Of a stretch of 64,000 nucleotides of DNA, positions 46,921 through 54,600 are shown in pieces. Each line of letters begins with the position of its first letter. Positions within the stretch are counted from its first letter, which is position 1. The stretch covers positions 12,339 through 76,338 of the forward strand of contig JALONN010000010.1 in NCBI GenBank assembly GCA_025454915.1, written 5' to 3'. The translations under genes and the position numbers were made by a program. Source of the DNA: Raineya sp. (GTDB lineage Bacteria > Bacteroidota > Bacteroidia > Cytophagales > Thermonemataceae). The notes under the pieces were generated by a model. It had not been told where the DNA came from. It was given only the letters and a program-made list of their open reading frames with translations, and made no database searches.

Positions 46921-47364
46921 ATGAAAAAAATATTAATTGTTATTTTATTATTCTTCTGCTTTGAAATAAAAGCTCAAGTTTATATTGGGTCACATGTATT
47001 TGATAATTATTATGGAGAAATAGGGTATTATCGTTTTAATACCAAATCAGAAAGGAAATATCTAAAAGAAAAAGGACAATTTCCATTTATAGGTGCTGTG
47101 TATGGTATAGGGTCAGAGTTCACACTACGGAAAGACTTTGTTTTTGCTCCCAAGATAAGTGCATCTGCATATTTTTTACTTCCATGTGTTAAAATGGATT
47201 TAATATATTATATGAGTAATAATGGTAATACACTTGCCATTAGACCACAAGTAGGTATCCCTTTTTTAATGTATGGTTATAACATACCTTTCAATAACTC
47301 ATTAGGTAATAGAATTAATAGACACTGCATCTCCTTCTATCTTCCTATTTTGTTTAAACAATAA
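46921..47364 (+). CDS. small secreted hypothetical protein
   Basis: Signal peptide MKKILIVILLFFCFEIKAQ. Aromatic-rich. Confidence 0.45.
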   Translation: MKKILIVILLFFCFEIKAQVYIGSHVFDNYYGEIGYYRFNTKSERKYLKEKGQFPFIGAVYGIGSEFTLRKDFVFAPKISASAYFLLPCVKMDLIYYMSNNGNTLAIRPQVGIPFLMYGYNIPFNNSLGNRINRHCISFYLPILFKQ

Positions 47365-47648
47365 AGAGCAAATAACTTATGGAACGAATTATCAAAAAAA
47401 CTCTTCTTACTATAACGGAATAACACTATCTCCTACATTCTATTGTACAGATAAAGATACTTTAAGCCTAAGTATATTTGATAGAGATATGAATGGTTAT
47501 GACGGATTAATATCTAAAAGTGGCACCATCAGAAGCTTTAGCAAAGACCCTAAAAACCCTGATACTTTAAAAAATGAATATATTGATAACGCCTTAGTTT
47601 GGCTCAAATGGTTAGATTAATGATAATTACAACAAAACATAAAGTAAT

Positions 47649-47766
47649 ATGAAAAAGCTATTTTATTGGTTCATTTATATATTAATGGTATTTCCTTTGC
47701 TTCTTTGTTGGGCAAGTGAAAAACAAACCAAAAATATTTTATAACATAGTTTTAAAGAAAAGTTTT
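47649..47766 (+). pseudogene. frameshifted remnant of an ancestral signal-peptide N-terminus of the ankyrin-like paralog family
   Basis: ATG 47649 encodes MKKLFYWFIYILMVFPLLLCWASEKQTKNIL*. gggcaagtgaaaaacaaaccaaaaa (47709-) matches gggcaagtgaaaaacaagaccaaaa of the paralog at 50265-. The homologous VKNK(P/T)K frame continues into the next gene. Confidence 0.45.
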
Positions 47767-50091
47767 ATGAAAAAAATCTGCTTGTTGTTAATTTCTATGC
47801 TTATATGTATGTGTGCATATACACAAGATGCCTTATTGGATAGTGCTCAGTTGGCAAAATTTAGCGAAAATAGCTTTCGTAGCTATTCTGGTCTTAAATT
47901 AATTGATAATTGCTGTCCTGCTGGAGTGACTGGGCTATACATGAGTAGTGGAGATCAGGGAGAATTAAAATTTGAAAAAATACATCTATTCACAAAATTA
48001 CAAGTATTACATATTTCAGGATATTATAAATTGGATATTTCTATACCCAAGGAGATAGGGTTGCTGAAAAACTTACAAGTATTGAAAATAGAAAATAATA
48101 AATCTATTTCTTTACCAAAAGAAATAGAAGCACTCCAAAACTTAAGATTACTGGATTTATCTCACAACAAACTCACTTCTTTACCTAACGGAATAGAAAC
48201 GTTGGGAAATTTGGAAATATTAAATCTATCTAATAACAAACTCACATCTCTGCCTAAAGAAATAGGAAAACTAAAAAAACTGAAAGTATTAAAATTATCT
48301 AATAATATGCTCAATTCCTTACCAGAAGAAATCATGGAATTAGAAAATTTAGAGGTATTAGAGTTAGGAAGAAATCTTTTTATAAAAGTACCAGAAGGCA
48401 TATGGAAGTTAAAGAAAATTAGGGTGATAGATTTATCTGGAAACAATAATCTTGCTTTGACAGACAACTTTGGTAAGCTAAAAACCCTCCAAGAACTATA
48501 TTTCTATGCAATTTATGACGACTTCGCAAATACCCCTCGTCCCATAAAGATACCCAAATCAATAGGTGATTTAGATAATTTGAAAATATTGGGTATCTCC
48601 CACAATAACTTGACCATAGTTCCTAAAGAAATATGGTCATTGAAGAATTTAAAAAAATTATATCTAAATGATAATAAACTTACTTCAATACCCAAAGAAA
48701 TAGCAAATTTAAAAAATTTAGAGAATTTAGATATAAGTAATAATAAAATTAAATTTTTACCCAAAGAAATAGAAACCTTGCCAAAAATAAAAGTAATAGA
48801 AACTGAGGGTAATTTATTTAAAAAGAAATTTCTCGCACATGACGAATTACGTTCAGCTCTTTATGATGGTAGATACAAAGATGCTCTTAAATATATCTCG
48901 CAAGGGGCGGATATACGGAAAGCTCGTGATACAATGGAAAGCGTGAGTGTGAACAGAATAGGGAAAACAGTACCCAATTATGTTAGAGAAAATTCTGGTT
49001 CAAGTCCAAGAGTGGGAGCATTTATTGGCTTCCTTTTGCCTTTTGTGGCAGCAGCTGAAGGGCTTTCCCAAAAAAGTGGTAGTAATAATAGTCCTGTAAA
49101 TTGTAAAATTGTGGATATAGCTCTCAACGATGCCTTAGGAGATACCATCAAAAGCCCTGAAAGGCTAAAAGTTATGGAATATGCTCTGCAAAAAGGAGCA
49201 ACTCCTGATGACCTTCGTTTATATTTGGCTGTAGAAAATAGAGATGTAGAGGCAACACGCTTACTGATGCAATACAAAGCTGAAGCAGATAGTGATTGGT
49301 TTTGGAAATGGACATTACCCACTTGTCAATGCTTAGACTCCACAGATAAAAATAAATATAATCCTGAACGTTTCGCTTCTTTTAAACAAGTAGTAGGAGT
49401 AGTTTTAAAAAACAAGCCTAAGTTAAGTGATGTAACCTTAGAACGCTTTTACACAAGTCCAGTTCTAACAAAGATGTTATTGGAGTTTTATACCCCAGAA
49501 GAACTCCACACCATACATAACCCTCTTTATACAGCTTGTGGATATTTTGACTTGGAGTTATTTAAAGAATATGAAGCATTGGGTTTTAGTAAATTTGATA
49601 TTTATAAGAATGAAAAGTTTTATAAATATCTTGGAGGCAATAGCAGATGGGCAAAAATTTATGAATACATCTATCCAAAAGGTTTTGATGTGAATTTTAA
49701 AATCCCTCCTTATAACCAATTCGAGCGTGAAAAAACATTTTTTTGTCGTATTATAGAGTATTCTACCATAGATGTAGATGTAATGAAAACACTTTTAACC
49801 ATGAAACCTGATTTCTGTGTACCTTGTAATCCTTTGGGGGTGCTACAAAAGAGAATAGCATGGTGTAAAAGACTTCTGGATTCAGAAAAAAATAGTAAAT
49901 ATTATAATGAAGACCTCAATCGTTATAAGAAATCACTTGCCATTGAGCCTCTTTTAGAAGAGTATTATAAGACTTTGCCAAAGGAGCAAAAGAAAATCAT
50001 TCTTAAAAGCCTAAAAAAATATCAGACCTCTGAATATGACCTTTCAGTTTTCCTAAAAAAGACTTATATTAAGAAACTCAAAAAACTATAA
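47767..50091 (+). CDS. secreted LRR + ankyrin-like fusion protein (paralog 1)
   Basis: Signal peptide MKKICLLLISMLICMCAYTQ, then about 12 LRRs (LRLLDLSHNKLTSLPNGIETLGNLEILNLSNNKLTSLPKEIGKLKKLKVL..). From HDELRSALYDGRYKDALKYISQGADIRK to the end it is homologous to 50096-51538. Ankyrin-like: YLAVENRDVEATRLLMQYKAEAD. Confidence 0.8.
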   Translation: MKKICLLLISMLICMCAYTQDALLDSAQLAKFSENSFRSYSGLKLIDNCCPAGVTGLYMSSGDQGELKFEKIHLFTKLQVLHISGYYKLDISIPKEIGLLKNLQVLKIENNKSISLPKEIEALQNLRLLDLSHNKLTSLPNGIETLGNLEILNLSNNKLTSLPKEIGKLKKLKVLKLSNNMLNSLPEEIMELENLEVLELGRNLFIKVPEGIWKLKKIRVIDLSGNNNLALTDNFGKLKTLQELYFYAIYDDFANTPRPIKIPKSIGDLDNLKILGISHNNLTIVPKEIWSLKNLKKLYLNDNKLTSIPKEIANLKNLENLDISNNKIKFLPKEIETLPKIKVIETEGNLFKKKFLAHDELRSALYDGRYKDALKYISQGADIRKARDTMESVSVNRIGKTVPNYVRENSGSSPRVGAFIGFLLPFVAAAEGLSQKSGSNNSPVNCKIVDIALNDALGDTIKSPERLKVMEYALQKGATPDDLRLYLAVENRDVEATRLLMQYKAEADSDWFWKWTLPTCQCLDSTDKNKYNPERFASFKQVVGVVLKNKPKLSDVTLERFYTSPVLTKMLLEFYTPEELHTIHNPLYTACGYFDLELFKEYEALGFSKFDIYKNEKFYKYLGGNSRWAKIYEYIYPKGFDVNFKIPPYNQFEREKTFFCRIIEYSTIDVDVMKTLLTMKPDFCVPCNPLGVLQKRIAWCKRLLDSEKNSKYYNEDLNRYKKSLAIEPLLEEYYKTLPKEQKKIILKSLKKYQTSEYDLSVFLKKTYIKKLKKL

Positions 50092-50165
50092 CTGTATGCT
50101 TCACATTCATCGAACTACTGAAAATAAAACGCAACAAGAACAAACCAATTTCTATGCTCAAAGCA
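48836..50165 (+). repeat. segmental tandem duplication, unit 1 (C-terminal 1.25 kb of paralog 1, a 4-nt spacer, and a copy of the giant-gene leader)
   Basis: Near-identical blocks at both ends when compared with 50303-51609, for example ctttatgatggtagatacaaagatgctcttaaatatatctcgcaagggg and tcagttttcctaaaaaagacttatat.aagaaactcaaaaaactataactgtatgcttcacattcat. Confidence 0.85.
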
Positions 50166-51538
50166 GGGAAAAACATGTTTTTTCTCTTGTTGTTCTTTCG
50201 ATAAGTATGAAAATAGCATTATGTGTTATTTTGCTATTCCCTTTTCTTGTATTAGGGCAAGTGAAAAACAAGACCAAAACACAAACAAGGCCCAAAGAAC
50301 CACCTCATGAGGAGCTACGTTCTGCCCTTTATGATGGTAGATACAAAGATGCTCTTAAATATATCTCGCAAGGGGCAGATATACGTAAAACAGATACCTT
50401 AGAAACACTAAGAGTTTCCAGAGAAAAGCAGGGAACATTGGATTATCCCGAAACTTCAAGTCCAAGAGCAGGAGCATTTATTGGCATCATTTTGCCTTTT
50501 GTGGCTGCTGCCGAAGGGCTTGCCCAAAAAAGTAGCAGTAGCAGTTCTTTTTCTGTTACCTGCAAAATTGTAGATATAGCTCTCAATGATGCCTTAGAAG
50601 ATACCATCAAAAGCCCTGAAAGATTAAAAATTATAGAGTACTGTTTGCAAAAAGGAGCAGACCCTGATGGGGCATACAAGTATATACCCTTATATTTGAG
50701 TATTACACAGAGAGATATAGAAATAACCAAACTACTTCTTCAATACAAAGCAAAACCTGATGTTTCTGCCCTTTGGACATATATTCTTAGAGGTTGTCCA
50801 TGTGTAGATACATCAGCTAATAGCCAAGATACTAAAAAAGTAGAATCTTTCAAAAATGTGGTGGGTTTACTTTTAGAAAAGAAACCCAAATTGGAGATGA
50901 GTACACTTGGGAAATTTTATAAAAAACCAGAATGGACAAAATGGCTCTTGAAGTATTATACCTTAGAAGAGTTAAATAAAATGAATAATCCCATTTACAC
51001 AGCTTGTTATTATGCTGATTTGAAATTATTTAAAGAATATGAGACTATGGGTTTTGGTAAATCTGATATTTATAAAAATGATAAACTTTATGATACTATT
51101 GCACTATATAATGCTAAGTTTTATGAATACATCTATCCAAAAGGTTTTGATGTGAATTATGAACATAAATTTGGTGATAAACTAACCTTTTTTTGTCGTG
51201 TTATTGAGTATTCTACAGATGTAGATTTTATAAGAATACTTTTAACTATGAAACCTGATTTTTGTGTACCTTGTAATCCTCTGGGATTGTTACAAGAAAA
51301 AATTATTCGATATAAAAATAATTTAGAAAAATCTAAAGATGACAAAGATTATAATAAATATCTTACTCGTTACAACAAATTACTTACTATTGAGCCTCTG
51401 TTAGAAGATTACTACAAGACTTTACCCAAAGAGCAAAAAAAAATCATTCTTGAAAGTCTAAAAAAATATAAAACCTATAGATATGAACTTTCAGTTTTCC
51501 TAAAAAAGACTTATATCAAGAAACTCAAAAAACTATAA
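50096..51538 (+). CDS. ankyrin-like protein (paralog 2). Annotated from the duplicated leader ATG; the alternative start at 50207 gives a classical signal peptide
   Basis: MLHIHRTTENKTQQEQTNFYAQ (copy of the giant-gene N-terminus), then SREKHVFSLVVLSIS, then MKIALCVILLFPFLVLGQVKNKTKTQ.., then EELRSALYDGRYKDALKYISQGADIRK. All of it is in one open frame. Confidence 0.75.
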   Translation: MLHIHRTTENKTQQEQTNFYAQSREKHVFSLVVLSISMKIALCVILLFPFLVLGQVKNKTKTQTRPKEPPHEELRSALYDGRYKDALKYISQGADIRKTDTLETLRVSREKQGTLDYPETSSPRAGAFIGIILPFVAAAEGLAQKSSSSSSFSVTCKIVDIALNDALEDTIKSPERLKIIEYCLQKGADPDGAYKYIPLYLSITQRDIEITKLLLQYKAKPDVSALWTYILRGCPCVDTSANSQDTKKVESFKNVVGLLLEKKPKLEMSTLGKFYKKPEWTKWLLKYYTLEELNKMNNPIYTACYYADLKLFKEYETMGFGKSDIYKNDKLYDTIALYNAKFYEYIYPKGFDVNYEHKFGDKLTFFCRVIEYSTDVDFIRILLTMKPDFCVPCNPLGLLQEKIIRYKNNLEKSKDDKDYNKYLTRYNKLLTIEPLLEDYYKTLPKEQKKIILESLKKYKTYRYELSVFLKKTYIKKLKKL

Positions 51539-51609
51539 CTGTATGCTTCACATTCATAGAACTACTGAAAATAAAACACAAGAACAAACCAATTTCTATG
51601 CCCAAAACA
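50303..51609 (+). repeat. segmental tandem duplication, unit 2
   Basis: See unit 1. The ends are nearly identical and the middle is more diverged (SPRVGAFIGFLLPFVAAAEGLSQKSGSNNSPVNCKIVDIALNDALGD versus SPRAGAFIGIILPFVAAAEGLAQKSSSSSSFSVTCKIVDIALNDALED). Confidence 0.85.
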
Positions 51610-54600
51610 TAGAAACTAAAAATACTGCTTTCCAAAATCAAAATAACTTTAAACCCTTAGGAGGTGACCCTCCTGATAAAGAAGCTATTGATGAAATGAT
51701 GAAAATCTTAAAAGAAGGGAAATTGACTAAAACAAAAGCAGAAGAAATTTTTGGAAAGTATGCAGAATTAAAAGAAGATGCTAAAGCAGAAAAAGATGAA
51801 TCTGGAAATCCAAATCCTTTATATATTAAAGGCGTAGATTTTGAGAAAGGCATATTTCCTGTTCCTCAACAAGAGCATTATAAGAATGAAAAAAAAGAAG
51901 ATGACAAAGAAGCATACGAAAAAGCTATGATTCACCATAAGAATCGTCTCAAATTATACAGAATATATGTTGGTTACGATTATTATGGTAAAGTTCTTCC
52001 TATTCTGCGTAGGATACTGAGGAAACAGATTTGGTTCAATGCTGTGAAATCTTGGGAAGCAATAGAGGCTTACCATATTCTAGATGATATGCAACCTGAA
52101 TACAGAGAGATTTTTGCTAACGAAGAGCCAATTCTTAACGATCGTATTTTTGGTGAACTTCCAATAGAATTTAGAACACAACAAAAATCTGCTCTACAAA
52201 AAGGAATTGCTTCCAAAGACCATGAGAGGCTTACAAAAGACCTTGAAAAAGCTATAAAGACAAACAATATTCTTCTTATTAAACTTTTGATAGCAATTGC
52301 TATAGAAGCTGGCTTAGAGAAAACCCTACCTGAAACCATCCAACAAAATGAAATTGTAAAGGGAGAAATAGCAAAGCTAGGTCGAAAAACAACAGGAGAG
52401 GCAGCCCAGGATATTCAACAAAAGAGAAAAGGCAGACATGCTATTTATAGACGCAACCTTGATAAAATTTATCAAAAAAACGCATTTAAAGATCCACGTG
52501 AAGCTCAAGAAGCTCCTGATCAGGTAGACAAAGATGCTGTGATAAGAGGGAAAGAAGCAGGAGGTATTGGTAAAATGACTTTGGGTTTTTTAGGAGAAAG
52601 ATTATCATTTTATGGAGATACGTTAAGTGGCTTGAATGCTGATGATGATCCGTCAATAGTATTAAAAAAAGCTTTAAAACTATCTGTTCAAATAGGTAAA
52701 GATTTCTTAGGTAAAACTAATACGCTTGAGAGTTTTGATTTAGAAAGATTTCAGGGAAGCATGGGAGGCTCACTGATGGGGCTGGAAGTAAGTAAAACGA
52801 ATAATCATCAAAAAGATACCCTTTTTAAAGATGATGAGAAAAAGGTGAGTGAAGAAGATAAACAGGACATGAAAAACTTAGAAAATGGAAATTTATCAGC
52901 ATGGATTGATTTTAGAAATGGAGAAATAAAAGTAATAGCAAATGCAATACCTTTCAAAAGTTTGAACTATTTGGCAGGAGATATGGCTTTTAAAGCTACT
53001 GAAGGAGCTTTTAATCAGATTTTCATGAAAATGAAATGGAACCCAAAAGTGAAAAAAGAAGAAGAAGTCGTTGCAGATATTGACTTGGTTGCAGGAGGTG
53101 TAGTGCTTGAGGGGATGCGAATGATTACAGATGAAGAAACCTATGGAATAGGTAAGATATTAGCCAAGGGATTACAAATTTCCATGAAACAAACCATTGG
53201 AATAGGGAAAGATCTTAAAGGATGGAAGAAACCAATTAACTTATTATTCAATACAATAGGAGCCATGAATAATATGATATTCCTTCTTATTAATTCTGCA
53301 ATGGTTACTTATCAGAGACTTGCCAATGTAGAAAACAAGCAAGATGAGTTTTCAATGGCTCAAGCCGATTTTACGAAAGCCTTGGGGGCTTCTCAGAATA
53401 ATTTCTTTGATTTAAAATATATGAAAGTAGCAGATATTGTGCTACAAAACTTTTATAGCACTTCTATGGGTAGAATAGGTGAAATAGGTTTGGGAGGTAA
53501 TAATATTAAGTTACAATCTGATGAAGCATCCTTTTCTCAGGATGAAAAAGCTACACTTTTTAAAAAGAAAAAAGAATTAAAGAAACTTCAAGGAAAGTTG
53601 GAAGAGGTATTAGATAGAAGGGCTAATATGAAGAGAAAAAAACAAGTAGAAAGATTTACAAAAAAACCCAAGTTAACAAAAAAACAGGAAGATATAGAGA
53701 AGCTAGAAGTTGAAATAGCCCAACTAGAGAAAAAACATAATCTCAAATTAGGATTTGAGACTAGCCATTTGGAACTTAAAGAGGCAGATATGATACAAGA
53801 AATGATGGCTAAAATGCTTAAAGAGAGCTTCAAAGAGAGTGGCATGGAAATGGAAGGTGTACAGGGCTTAGATGGTTTTGAGTTGCCTCAAGGTTTAAAA
53901 TTGGGAACATTTGTAAAGGATAAAAATAATACAGAAAAGAATACACAAATATCCCCAGAACAAATTAAAGACTTGAGTATTGATGTTCCCAAGATTGTAT
54001 TTTTAAATCCTGTTACAGCCTCAAAACTTACTTATACAGGTAAAAAAGACCTCATAGATAAACAAACCAATCAGCCTATCAAAGAAAAAGGGAAAACGAA
54101 GAAGGAAGACACCATGCAAGTGATAGGTACTGATGTTGTATTCACAAAACTTGAATTGGGGTTGAAAATAGATTTTGCAGATTATGATAAATCAAAACCT
54201 CCGAAAGAAGAGGATAGTCTTATTGAAAATATGGAAATCAAGGGGTTGAAAGCAGAAACAGCCAGTTTTGGAACTTTTCAGTTCAAACTGCCAAACCCAT
54301 TTGATCCTATTAAAAAGGTGAGAAAGGAGGGAACAAAGGATGAAACAAAGGATGAAACAAATTTTTATGATGTATTAGACTTCAAAGATCAAGTTACTTT
54401 TCATGATTTTGATTTTAGTTTTCTTGAAAAAGCTGAGGACCCAATTACTTTAAAAATCGGAAAAATTGAACAAACCAAAAAAACACCTACTAATGTGAAC
54501 GGTATGCAATACAATTATAGGTATAAAAAGACCGAAAAAAATGAGAAAGGTGAAGATGTAGAAACAAATATTAAAGTAAATGGGAGCTTTAGTATGTTAA

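Noticed and set aside
47306-47620. An open frame without a plausible start codon: ..TYGTNYQKNSSYYNGITLSPTFYCTDKDTLSLSIFDRDMNGYDGLISKSGTIRSFSKDPKNPDTLKNEYIDNALVWLKWLD*.
   Set aside because: There is no ATG/GTG/TTG near the 5' end of the open stretch and I recognise no family. It may be another gene remnant at the island border, but that is unsupported.
54331-54358. A 12-bp tandem repeat (acaaaggatgaa x2) inside the giant gene, encoding KDETKDET.
   Set aside because: It is a trivial in-frame micro-duplication in a low-complexity charged segment and does not affect the reading frame.
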